This document shows, piece by piece, positions 55,860 through 64,000 of a DNA stretch of 64,000 bases. Numbering within the stretch: position 1 is the stretch's first letter; every line of letters begins with the position of its first letter. Under the pieces are notes generated by a model. That model saw only the letters and a list, made by a program, of their open reading frames with translations, searched no databases and was not told the DNA's origin. Source of the DNA: a bacterium (lineage in GTDB: Bacteria; Sysuimicrobiota; Sysuimicrobiia; Sysuimicrobiales; Kaftiobacteriaceae); assembly GCA_044868695.1 (NCBI GenBank), contig JBIOWP010000084.1, forward strand, positions 1 to 64,000. The letters run 5' to 3'. A program made the position numbers and the translations under genes.

Positions 55860-56993
55860 ATGCGGGTTACCGTGAGTGTGATCAAGGCGGACATCGGCGC
55901 TGTCGGCGGTCACACCGTTCCCAGCGCTGAAGTCCTCGGCGTGGTGCGCGACCGCGTCGCCCGCGAGCGCGGCCGGCTCCTCATCGACGCGTTCGTGTAC
56001 CATACTGGCGATGACATCGCCATCCTCATGACCCACACGAAAGGCAGCGATCACCCAGCCGTCCATCAGCTGGCCTGGGACGCGTTCCGTGAAGCGACGG
56101 AGGTCGCCAAACGCCAGGGCCTGTACGGCGCGGGCCAGGACCTGTTGAAAGACGCGTTCTCGGGCAACGTCAAGGGATTGGGACCCGGCTCCGCTGAGAT
56201 CGAGACTGAGGAGCGGCCCAACGAAGCGTTGATGATTCTCACCGCGGACAAGACGGAACCCGGCGCGTTCAACCTGCCGCTGTATCTCGTCTTCGCCGAT
56301 CCGATGTACTCGTCGGGGCTGCTGCTGTCGGAGTCCCTGCATGCCGGGTTTACTTTCCGCATCATGGACGTAGACTACACGGAAGGCGACCGGGTGATCA
56401 CGCTGGAGGCTCCGGAGCGCCTCTACGACATCGCCGCGCTGCTGCGCGACACGCACCGGTATGTCGTGGAATCCATCTGGTCCCGGAAATACCCGAAGGA
56501 GCAGGCGGCTGCGGTCAGCACGTCCCGGCTGCGCAACATCGCGGGCAAGTACGTCGGCAAGGATGACCCGTGCGCGGTCGTACGGGTGCAGAAGATTTTC
56601 CCGGCGACGGAGGAATTCGGCCCCGCCTTTGCCCTGGGACAGTACGTGGCCGGCGATACCCGCGGCAGCCACAACCTGCCGCTCATGCCGGTGCCGATGA
56701 ACACCGCGGCATCGACGTTCTTCTGTTGCCCGATGGTCTGCGGCCTGGGATTCTCGATGCACGAGGGGCGCCTCACCGAGCCCTCGGATCTGTTCGCCGA
56801 TCCCTTCTGGAACGGGGTCCGAGACCACATCGCCCAGAAGGCGGTGGAAATGCGCAAGCAGGGTTTCTTTGGCCCGGCGATGCTGCCGATGTCGGAACTG
56901 GAATACGGCGGCATTGTGGCCCGCCTGCGCAGTCTGGAGCAGGAGTTCGTGATCAAGAAGGAAGCTGCCGGCGCGCCGGCGGGGTCGGACTAG
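55860..56993 (+). CDS. fbp: Bifunctional fructose-1,6-bisphosphate aldolase/phosphatase (class V, archaeal type)
   Basis: SVIKADIGAVGGH, GDD, GLYGAGQDLL, DKTEPGAFN, YVGKDDP, RGSH, ELEY. Confidence 0.95.
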   Translation: MRVTVSVIKADIGAVGGHTVPSAEVLGVVRDRVARERGRLLIDAFVYHTGDDIAILMTHTKGSDHPAVHQLAWDAFREATEVAKRQGLYGAGQDLLKDAFSGNVKGLGPGSAEIETEERPNEALMILTADKTEPGAFNLPLYLVFADPMYSSGLLLSESLHAGFTFRIMDVDYTEGDRVITLEAPERLYDIAALLRDTHRYVVESIWSRKYPKEQAAAVSTSRLRNIAGKYVGKDDPCAVVRVQKIFPATEEFGPAFALGQYVAGDTRGSHNLPLMPVPMNTAASTFFCCPMVCGLGFSMHEGRLTEPSDLFADPFWNGVRDHIAQKAVEMRKQGFFGPAMLPMSELEYGGIVARLRSLEQEFVIKKEAAGAPAGSD

Positions 56994-56994
56994 C

Positions 56995-57016
56995 GAGAGT
57001 TGGAGAGTTGGAAAGG
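56995..57016. repeat. Short octamer repeat (GAGTTGGA)x2+
   Basis: Same unit as 53996-54078, at a convergent gene junction. Confidence 0.6.
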
Positions 57017-57019
57017 CCG

Positions 57020-57178
57020 TTAGTGGTTTTTCTCCCCGTCAGAACCCTTCTCTTCCTTCAGCACCGCGGTATCGAGGTAGCGGACCAGCGACGGTAGGTA
57101 CTTCGGGATCAACGCGCCGACGACCACAAAAACCGCCAGGAGTCCAAGGAAGAGATAGACGATGGCGAGTTCATTCAC
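57020..57178 (-). CDS. Small single-pass membrane protein (52 aa), absent from the ORF track
   Basis: MNELAIVYLFLGLLAVFVVVGALIPKYLPSLVRYLDTAVLKEEKGSDGEKNH; starts 6 nt after the cca stop. Confidence 0.6.
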   Translation of the reverse strand: MNELAIVYLFLGLLAVFVVVGALIPKYLPSLVRYLDTAVLKEEKGSDGEKNH

Positions 57179-57184
57179 GCCGTA

Positions 57185-58537
57185 TCACCCCGACGTTGAC
57201 TTCCGCACCTGCCGGTTCGTTCCTTCCGCGGGAAACGCCGTGCGGATGAGAGCTACGGCCTCATCGCGCGTCCGGATCCGTCCCTCGAGCATGGCGTCCT
57301 CGATCGTCTCCAGGATGATCTTGAATTGAGGGCCGGGGCGGTACCCCAGGTCAATCAAGTCATCGCCGTTGATCAGGGGGCGTGGAGGCGGCGGCTCGAT
57401 GGCTAGGCCCTGTAGCGCGTCCACCGCCCATTGATGCACGCTCAGGTCTCCATGGCTGGCCAGGCAGTCCGCGCGGTGCAGCTCCAGATGGTCGGCGGCG
57501 TCCGGTTGCAGCAGAAACCGCTTCGCCTTAGCGGGCCGCATCTTCGGCAGGTCTTTCACCCGCAGATGGTTGGCGACCAGGTCGACGATCCGGTCGGTCT
57601 CCTCCCCCGAGAGGTGGAGGCGGCGGCAGACCGCTCCTGCCATCTCCGCCCCAACGGCGTCGTGTTCGTTGAAGCGGATCCGGTCCGTCCGTGACAACGT
57701 CGGGGGCTTGCCGATGTCGTGCAGCAAGGCGGCCATCGCGAGCGCCGGCGACGGGTCGCGCAGGTGTTCGACCGTCATGACGGTATGCGTGAAGACGTCG
57801 CCCTCGGGGTGAAATTCCGGCGGTTGCGGCACCCCGGCGGTCGCGGCGACTTCCGGGAGGATGATCCGGAGCAGGCCGGAGGCGTGGAGCGCCCTGAGGC
57901 CCCTCCCCCTTCCTGGGCAGGTCAGGAGGCGCAGGAGTTCGTCGCGGACGCGCTCTGCGCTGACCGCCGCGATGGCCGGGGCGTTTGCGGAGACGGCGCG
58001 GAGGGCCTCGGGATCGATCTCGAAGTCGAGCTCCGCCGCCAACCGGACCGCCCGCAGCATCCGCAGCCGGTCTTCTGCAAATCGTTCGGTGGCCGTCCCA
58101 ATGGTCCGGACGATCCGGGCGCGAATATCCGCTCTCCCGCCGACATAGTCGATCGTCTCACCCCGCACGGGATCGTGCAGCAGCCCGTTGATCGTAAAAT
58201 CGCGTCGGGTGACGTCGGTCCGCGCGTCGACAAACTCCACCCGGCTGGGATGCCTGCCGTCCAGGTAGGGGCCTTCCGCCCGGAAGGTAGAGACATCGTA
58301 GCGATGCGAGTTGATCGTCACGACTACGACACCGAACTGGGCGCCGACTAGGATGGTCTGTTCAAACAGCGCGGCGACGTCGGACGGTCTGGCCTCGGTG
58401 GCGATATCGTAATCGTGCGGCTCCCGGCCCATCTCGAGGTCCCGGACGCATCCGCCTACCCAGTACGCGGCAAACCCGGCGCCGCGCAGCCGGCGCACCA
58501 CCTCCAGCGCGCCGTCGCGCAGGCTGAGCGCGCTCAC
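57185..58537 (-). CDS. cca: CCA tRNA nucleotidyltransferase with HD domain
   Basis: VGGCVRD, DYDIAT, RRDFTING, EDRLRMLRAVR, LHDIGKP; GTGA overlap with the upstream stop. Confidence 0.9.
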   Translation of the reverse strand: MSALSLRDGALEVVRRLRGAGFAAYWVGGCVRDLEMGREPHDYDIATEARPSDVAALFEQTILVGAQFGVVVVTINSHRYDVSTFRAEGPYLDGRHPSRVEFVDARTDVTRRDFTINGLLHDPVRGETIDYVGGRADIRARIVRTIGTATERFAEDRLRMLRAVRLAAELDFEIDPEALRAVSANAPAIAAVSAERVRDELLRLLTCPGRGRGLRALHASGLLRIILPEVAATAGVPQPPEFHPEGDVFTHTVMTVEHLRDPSPALAMAALLHDIGKPPTLSRTDRIRFNEHDAVGAEMAGAVCRRLHLSGEETDRIVDLVANHLRVKDLPKMRPAKAKRFLLQPDAADHLELHRADCLASHGDLSVHQWAVDALQGLAIEPPPPRPLINGDDLIDLGYRPGPQFKIILETIEDAMLEGRIRTRDEAVALIRTAFPAEGTNRQVRKSTSG

Positions 58538-59865
58538 GGCCTGGTGCCGGTCCCGGCCGCCATGCGGGCCCTCAGCGCCGTGGTGGCTTCCAGCGCCTGC
58601 ACGTCCGCCGCTCCCTGGATCTGCTCGTCGTCCATCGTGACGGGGACCTCCGGCTGCAGGCCCTGCCCGTCGATGGCCCGCCCGCGGCGTGTGAAGTAGC
58701 GGGCCGTGGTCAGCCGCAGTCCCCATCCTCCCCGCAGCGGGTAGATGGTCTGGACGGTGGCTTTGCCAAACGTGCGCCGTCCCACCAGCGGCGCGCCGGT
58801 ATCCTGGAGGGCGCCGGCGACGATCTCCGAGGCGCTGGCCGTAAAGATGTTGGTGATCACCACCACCGGCCCCGAGAAACGTCGCGCCTGCGGGATGATG
58901 GGGAGCGGGTTCAACGCTCCCCGCCGCTCTTCCATGGCGACGATGCCATCGGGCAGGAACAGGCTGGCAATCGCGATCGCTTCGTCAAGGAGTCCCCCGC
59001 CGTTGTCCCGCAGGTCCAGCAACAGCGCCGCGGCCCCGGCGTCCGTCAGGCCGCCGAGCGCGCGGCGCACGTCGGTCGATGCCCCTTCGGAGAACTCCAG
59101 GAGCCGCAGGTACCCAATGCGCGGGTCCACCATTTTTGCGCGGACCGGGGTCTCGCGCGCCGCTTCGCGCGTCAGGGACAGGCGGACGACACCGCCGGCT
59201 GCCCTGCGGACGACGATCACCACTAGGCTGCCCGTGTCCCCGCGCAGGCGGTCCATCACGTGATCGGGGGTGCTGCCCGTGGTGGGCCGGCCGTCGACTT
59301 CAACGATGACGTCCCCGGCCCGCAGACCTGCGCGGGCGGCAGGCCCCCTCGCCGTCACGTCGGCAAGAATAATCTCGCCTCGCACCGCGTCGACCTGCGC
59401 GCCGATGCCGGTGTGTTCCCCGCGCAGTTCGCGATGATACCGGGTGAACTCGATCGGTGGAAACACCGCTCCCTGGAGGTCGCTTCCGGTGCGCACCATG
59501 CCCCGCAGCACGGATGCCATGATGCGGTCGGTATCGCGGGGTGCGGCGGCGAGCACCGCCTGGACGTAGGCGACCACGACGGCGAGGTCCCGGGCCTCCT
59601 GCCCGGTCACGACCGGCAGGGGCGGCGGATCTGCGACGCCCGAGGAGATCACGGCGAGATGCGCGGACAGGACTGTCTGATGAAGGAGGGTTAGCAGGTC
59701 GGGTGGACGCAGCGCGTCGTCCCGGATGGCCTCGTAGATTTCCCTGATCAGTCCTTCGGCCAGATCGGGGGGAACATCCGCAGCCAGCGGACTCGGCCAC
59801 CCTGCCGCGATCAGGACCGCGACCAGCAGGGCGACACGGCGGGACCGGCGATGTCCCGTTACCAC
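58534..59865 (-). CDS. S41-family C-terminal processing protease with PDZ domain
   Basis: Signal peptide, GIGAQV PDZ, DLRDNGGG, TASASEI, TFGKATVQ. Confidence 0.92.
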   Translation of the reverse strand: MVTGHRRSRRVALLVAVLIAAGWPSPLAADVPPDLAEGLIREIYEAIRDDALRPPDLLTLLHQTVLSAHLAVISSGVADPPPLPVVTGQEARDLAVVVAYVQAVLAAAPRDTDRIMASVLRGMVRTGSDLQGAVFPPIEFTRYHRELRGEHTGIGAQVDAVRGEIILADVTARGPAARAGLRAGDVIVEVDGRPTTGSTPDHVMDRLRGDTGSLVVIVVRRAAGGVVRLSLTREAARETPVRAKMVDPRIGYLRLLEFSEGASTDVRRALGGLTDAGAAALLLDLRDNGGGLLDEAIAIASLFLPDGIVAMEERRGALNPLPIIPQARRFSGPVVVITNIFTASASEIVAGALQDTGAPLVGRRTFGKATVQTIYPLRGGWGLRLTTARYFTRRGRAIDGQGLQPEVPVTMDDEQIQGAADVQALEATTALRARMAAGTGTRP

Positions 59866-59886
59866 ACCTCTATTGTATCGGGTTGG

Positions 59887-60993
59887 CTAGGCGTAGACTC
59901 GGGCAGGCAGCCGTACGTGGGTGATCGTCCCGCCGCCGAGCACGAGGGCGCCGTCGTAGAACGCGATCGCCTGCCCGGTAGACGGCGCCCGCTGCGGCTG
60001 AGCGAACCGCACCGTCACCTCTCCCCGGTGTTCGGTCGGCTGCAGGCTCGCATCGACGTCCTGGGCGGCGTGCCGCACGCGCGCGGTCGCCCCCCGGGGG
60101 TGATCGAGCGCGTCAATGCCGATCCAGTTGAGCGCCGACACAGTCAGTTCCTCGCAGAAGAGATCCCGCTCGTCCCCGATGATGACCGCGTTGCGTTGTG
60201 GGTCGATCCCCACCACGTACCGCGGCGCGCCGGCGGAGAGGCCCAGGCCGCGGCGCTGACCGACGGTATAGCGGGCAATCCCCTGGTGCTCCCCCAGCAC
60301 GCGTCCGTCCGTATCGAGAATCTGACCGGGCCGCAGCGCCTCAGGGTGGAACCGGGCTACGACATCGGCGTACGATCCCCTGGGCACGAAGCAGATTTCC
60401 TGACTGTCCGGTTTGTCCGCGACCGGGAGCGCGAACGTCCGCGCCAGATCGCGGATGCGCGCTTTCGTGTGGATCCCCGTGGGAAAGCGAACACGGCCCA
60501 ACTGGTCCTGCGTGAGGCCGTACAGCACATACGACTGGTCTTTCCGGCCATCCACCGCGCGCAGGAGCAGGTACCGTCCGGAGGTCTCATCACGGGCCAC
60601 GCGCGCGTAGTGGCCGGTGGCCACCCCGTCCAGGCCGAGCGCGGTGACTTTCCGCAGGAGGAGGGAGAACTTTATCGCCTGGTTGCACGCGACACACGGG
60701 TTGGGGGTCCTGCCCAGCGCGTACTCGTCGGCAAAATAGCCGATGACCGACTGCTCGAACTCCTCGCGCATGTTGAGGACGTAGTGCCGGATCCCCAATT
60801 GCCGGGCCACGGCGCGGGCGTCGTCGATCGCCGACATGCCGCAGCAGGCCTTAAAGGCGTCGTCGGGCTCGGGCAGCCAGTCCGGCCACAGGTTCATGGT
60901 GAGGCCGACCACCTCGTGTCCCTCGGCCGCCAGCAGCGCCGCGGCGACTGAACTGTCAACTCCGCCGCTCATCGCGACGGCCCACGTGCCCAC
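59887..60993 (-). CDS. mnmA: tRNA 2-thiouridine(34) synthase (CxxC+C type)
   Basis: AMSGGVDSS, TPNPCVACN, ATGHYAR, KDQSY, DSQEICF. Confidence 0.96.
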   Translation of the reverse strand: MGTWAVAMSGGVDSSVAAALLAAEGHEVVGLTMNLWPDWLPEPDDAFKACCGMSAIDDARAVARQLGIRHYVLNMREEFEQSVIGYFADEYALGRTPNPCVACNQAIKFSLLLRKVTALGLDGVATGHYARVARDETSGRYLLLRAVDGRKDQSYVLYGLTQDQLGRVRFPTGIHTKARIRDLARTFALPVADKPDSQEICFVPRGSYADVVARFHPEALRPGQILDTDGRVLGEHQGIARYTVGQRRGLGLSAGAPRYVVGIDPQRNAVIIGDERDLFCEELTVSALNWIGIDALDHPRGATARVRHAAQDVDASLQPTEHRGEVTVRFAQPQRAPSTGQAIAFYDGALVLGGGTITHVRLPARVYA

Positions 60994-61052
60994 ACAGGAC
61001 CCCCTCGCTCGACCAAATCGCGTCCATGATAGCAACTGCGCGGATGCTATGT

Positions 61053-62396
61053 CTACTCGGGGGTGTAGCGTTTCACGCCCTTCCACCACGCCCGCAGCCG
61101 GCGGCGGACCTCGGCTTCCAGGCCGTGCTCGGTCGGGTCGTAGTAGATACGGCCCGCCACATTGGCCGGAAGGTATTCCTGGGGGGTGAAACTGTCAGGA
61201 TAGTCGTGGGCGTATTTGTAACCTTCGCCGTGCCCAAGCTGGCGGACGGCCTGCGGGTGGCTGGTATCCCTGAGATGGATTGGAACGGGATCGGCGCGCC
61301 GTTCCTCGACGTCGCGCATCGCTGCGCCGATGGCCCGGACGACGGCATTGCTTTTCGGGGCGGAGGCGATGTAAATGGCCGCCTCGGCCATGGGGATCTG
61401 CGCTTCCGGCAGTCCCACATACTCCACCGCGTGCGCCGCGGACGTGGCGACCACCAGAGCCATTGGATCCGCCATCCCGACGTCCTCCGCCGCGTGCACT
61501 ACCATCCGGCGGGCGATGTAGCGCGGGTCCTCACCGGCCGCCAGCATCCGGGCCAGCCAGTACACGGCGGCATCGGGATCTGAGCCCCGCATGCTCTTAA
61601 TGAAGGCCGACACGTGATCGTAATGCGCGTCGCCCTCCCGGTCGTACACCAGGGCGCGACGCTGGGTGATTTCCTCAATCGCCTGCCGGCCCACCCGGCG
61701 GCCACCTGACCCGTCCGGCGGCGAGGTCATGACAGCCATCTCCAGCGTGTTCAGCGCGGCCCGCGCATCGCCGTTGCTGATGAGGACCAGGTGGGCCAGG
61801 GCGTCCTCATCCACCTGCGGCCGGTATCCGCCCAGGCCCCGTTCTCCGTCGGAGAGCGCACGCGCCAGGATCAGCCGGACCTCCTCATCCCGCAGCGGCT
61901 CCAGCCGGAGTACCCTGGAGCGCGACACTAGGGTGGAGTTGACTTCGAAGAATGGGTTTTCGGTCGTGGCGCCGATGAGAATCACCGTACCGGCCTCCAC
62001 GTGGGGCAGCAGCACGTCCTGCTGCGCCTTGTTGAACCTGTGGATTTCATCGATGAAGAGAATCGTCCGCGTCCCATGCAGCGCCTGCCGTTCCTGGGCG
62101 CGGGCGATGACCCGTTTGAGGTCTGCGACGCCGGCCGTGACGGCGTTCACCTGCTCGACCTCCGAGCGGGTGGCCTGCGCGATGACATGCGCGAGCGACG
62201 TCTTGCCGGTTCCGGGGGGTCCGTACAGGATCAGCGAGGACAGCTCGTCGCGCTCGATCGCGCGCCGCAGGACGCGATCCGCGCCGACCAGGTGGCTCTG
62301 CCCGACGAACTCATCGAGCGTCCGCGGCCGCATCCGCGCCGCCAGCGGCGCCTGGGCGGCGGTCCGCTGGGCTGCGCTCTGCCGGAATAGCTCCAC
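61053..62396 (-). CDS. rarA: Replication-associated recombination protein A
   Basis: PLAARMRP, GPPGTGKT, DEIHRFNKAQQD, KSMRGSDPD. Confidence 0.96.
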   Translation of the reverse strand: MELFRQSAAQRTAAQAPLAARMRPRTLDEFVGQSHLVGADRVLRRAIERDELSSLILYGPPGTGKTSLAHVIAQATRSEVEQVNAVTAGVADLKRVIARAQERQALHGTRTILFIDEIHRFNKAQQDVLLPHVEAGTVILIGATTENPFFEVNSTLVSRSRVLRLEPLRDEEVRLILARALSDGERGLGGYRPQVDEDALAHLVLISNGDARAALNTLEMAVMTSPPDGSGGRRVGRQAIEEITQRRALVYDREGDAHYDHVSAFIKSMRGSDPDAAVYWLARMLAAGEDPRYIARRMVVHAAEDVGMADPMALVVATSAAHAVEYVGLPEAQIPMAEAAIYIASAPKSNAVVRAIGAAMRDVEERRADPVPIHLRDTSHPQAVRQLGHGEGYKYAHDYPDSFTPQEYLPANVAGRIYYDPTEHGLEAEVRRRLRAWWKGVKRYTPE

Positions 62397-62626
62397 CTGT
62401 CTCCTCCCCCCGCCTCAGTCCCGGCGGCCATCCAGGCCGCCGCCTCGATGGTAGCATACTCGAGCGGGGCCGGGCTGGAGCGGTCGCCCGCGGGTCGGGA
62501 GAGCGGAAAAGCCGCATCAGGACTGGGAAATCTTGAGGTCAGAGGTCGGCAGAAGCAGGAAAATCAGGCCTGGCGCGGAAATTCCGCATCCGAACGAAAT
62601 TCGACGCTGCCTCAGGAGGGGTATCA

Positions 62627-62917
62627 ATGGCCAAAGCGATGACGAAGGCGAAGGTTGCCGACTACCTGGCCGGCAAGCTGGACATCTCCAAGAAGCAAGC
62701 CGCCACGTTCCTGGAGGAATTGGCCCAGCTCGCCTACCGGGAGGCGAAGAACGCGTTTACCCTTCCCGGGCTGGGCAAGCTCGTGCTGGTGAATCGCAAG
62801 GCGCGCATGGGCCGCAACCCGCAGACCGGTGAACCGATCCGCATCCCGGCCAAGCGGGTGGTCAGGTTCCGTGTGGCCAAGGCTGCGAAGGACGCGATTC
62901 TCGGCAACAGCAAGTAG
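62627..62917 (+). CDS. HU-family DNA-binding protein
   Basis: LPGLGKL, ARMGRNPQTGEPIRIPAK; AGGAGG RBS. Confidence 0.95.
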   Translation: MAKAMTKAKVADYLAGKLDISKKQAATFLEELAQLAYREAKNAFTLPGLGKLVLVNRKARMGRNPQTGEPIRIPAKRVVRFRVAKAAKDAILGNSK

Positions 62918-62943
62918 CGGGTTGGCCTTCTTCCGATAGCGCG

Positions 62944-62974
62944 CGAGCGGGACGTAGGGTCTACGTCCCGCTCG
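62944..62974. terminator. Perfect 14-bp hairpin between convergent HU and 6S RNA
   Basis: CGAGCGGGACGTAG-GGT-CTACGTCCCGCTCG; no clear U tract. Confidence 0.6.
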
Positions 62975-62980
62975 TCACAT

Positions 62981-63160
62981 TTCCCCGCCGTGCCGTGAGG
63001 CAGAAGTTCCCGAACCTGCACTAAGCAGGTGGGTGCCCTCCTGGCCGCTCCTGAGATCCCCGACGTGATGGGGCGTGTCATCGGCGGTCAGAGCCCGGGC
63101 TCCCAGTGTATTCGGTGTTGGATCGGAACTATCGGCCCACACGCACACGGCAGGAACCCT
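62981..63160 (-). ncRNA. ssrS: 6S RNA
   Basis: Closing stem TTCCTGCCGTG / CACGGCGGGGAA, 5' bubble CCAACA...GGGAG, 3' GGCACCCACCTGC-loop-GCAGGTTC; downstream of aspS as in Bacillota. Confidence 0.88.
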
Positions 63161-63170
63161 GCTTACGGCC

Positions 63171-63199
63171 ATCGTACGCCCCAGGGCACGAAATTGCAA
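63171..63199 (-). promoter_or_regulatory. sigma70-type promoter of 6S RNA
   Basis: TTGCAA-17 nt-TACGAT. Confidence 0.75.
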
Positions 63200-63200
63200 T

Positions 63201-64000
63201 CTAGGGGTGGAGTCTGGTGGGTCCCCGGTAGATGTAGGTCACCTCGCGGATGCTGGGCCGGTTGAGCAGGACCATCAGCATACGGCTCAATCCGAACCCG
63301 AATCCCCCGTGCGGCGGACACCCATATTTGAAGAAGTCCAGATAGAACTGGATCGGCTCCAGGCTCAGCCCCGCCTCTTTCGCCTGCGCCACGAGCACGT
63401 CGTACCGGTGCTCGCGCTGCGCGCCGGTGCTCATCTCGATGCCGTTCCACAGGAGGTCGAAGCTCTTGGTGGTCGCCGGCGCGTGGTCGTACCGCATGTG
63501 GTAGAAGGCTCTCACAGCGGCCGGGTAGTCGGTGACAAACACGAACTGGTGCCCGAGTTCCAGGGCGGCGTACTCGCCGATCATCCGCTCCCCGGCCGGG
63601 TCGAGGTCGCCCCTGCGCTCCGGCGTGTGCCCGCGCAGGGCGACGATGCGCAGGACCTCATCCATCGGGATGCGCGGAAACGGGATCTCCGGCACGATGA
63701 CCTCGGCACCGAACGCCTCCCGGATCTGTGGGCCGAACTCCTCCCGCACGCGCCCCAGCGCATGCTGCAGCCAGCGTTCTTTGAAGGCCATCACATCCTC
63801 ATGCGACTCGATCCATGACATCTCCATGTCCACACTGGTGAACTCCGTGGCATGGCGCGGGGTGAACGACGGGTCGGCGCGGAACGCCGGTCCGATCTCG
63901 AAGACACGATCGAACCCGGCGGCCATCGCCATCTGTTTGTAGAATTGCGGGGATTGCGCCAGATAGGCCGGGCGTCCGAAGTAGTCGAGCGTGAACAACT
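63201..64000 (-). CDS. aspS: Archaeal-type aspartate--tRNA ligase, 3' part (continues beyond the window)
   Basis: YLAQSPQFYKQ, FEIGPAFRAD, RHATEFTSVDMEM, STGAQREH, PPHGGFGFG; no GAD insertion. Confidence 0.9.
   Translation of the reverse strand, partial: LFTLDYFGRPAYLAQSPQFYKQMAMAAGFDRVFEIGPAFRADPSFTPRHATEFTSVDMEMSWIESHEDVMAFKERWLQHALGRVREEFGPQIREAFGAEVIVPEIPFPRIPMDEVLRIVALRGHTPERRGDLDPAGERMIGEYAALELGHQFVFVTDYPAAVRAFYHMRYDHAPATTKSFDLLWNGIEMSTGAQREHRYDVLVAQAKEAGLSLEPIQFYLDFFKYGCPPHGGFGFGLSRMLMVLLNRPSIREVTYIYRGPTRLHP

Noticed and set aside
61029..61050. ATAGCA-N10-TGCTAT dyad in the putative mnmA promoter
   Set aside because: Only 6-bp arms, partly explained by the promoter hexamers; no second copy seen
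62975..63265. Short ORFs 62975-63199 (-) and 63029-63265 (+)
   Set aside because: They overlap 6S RNA and its promoter

Overview
High-GC bacterial core-genome window with Bacillota-like gene order (a Terrabacteria lineage is inferred but cannot be assigned from this sequence alone). Most genes are on the minus strand in one long run: rimP-nusA-ylxR-infB-DUF503-rbfA-nrnA-truB-ribF, rpsO-pnp-M16 peptidase, dapB-asd-lysC-dapA-udg, uppP-ftsK, a nucleoside ABC transporter with psuK/psuG, rodZ-cinA-thpR, recA-recX followed by a UvrD/Fe-S nuclease fusion, an Mre11-like nuclease and an SMC-like ATPase, then rny-ymdB-PHP-zinc ribbon-selA-selB-tRNA(Sec). The right third holds asnS, a carbohydrate ABC transporter, an orphan ParA module, an archaeal-type FBP aldolase/phosphatase, cca, an S41 protease, mnmA, rarA, HU, 6S RNA and a partial archaeal-type aspS. 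Elements the ORF track misses or splits: a selenocysteine BCP peroxiredoxin (in-frame UGA plus SECIS-like hairpin), a c-di-AMP riboswitch, tRNA-Sec, 6S RNA, a LexA-type box at recA, a UDG that appears to need a CTG start, and a 52-aa membrane ORF. The best candidates for new biology are (1) a ParA paired with a protein that has a ParB-like activator peptide but a Cys-rich domain instead of the ParB core, (2) the SOS-linked helicase-nuclease/Mre11/possibly membrane-anchored SMC cluster, and (3) a family of 7-8-mer inverted tandem-repeat hairpins at gene junctions. No CRISPR array, integrase or transposase was seen. All calls come from reading motifs by eye; no database searches were run.
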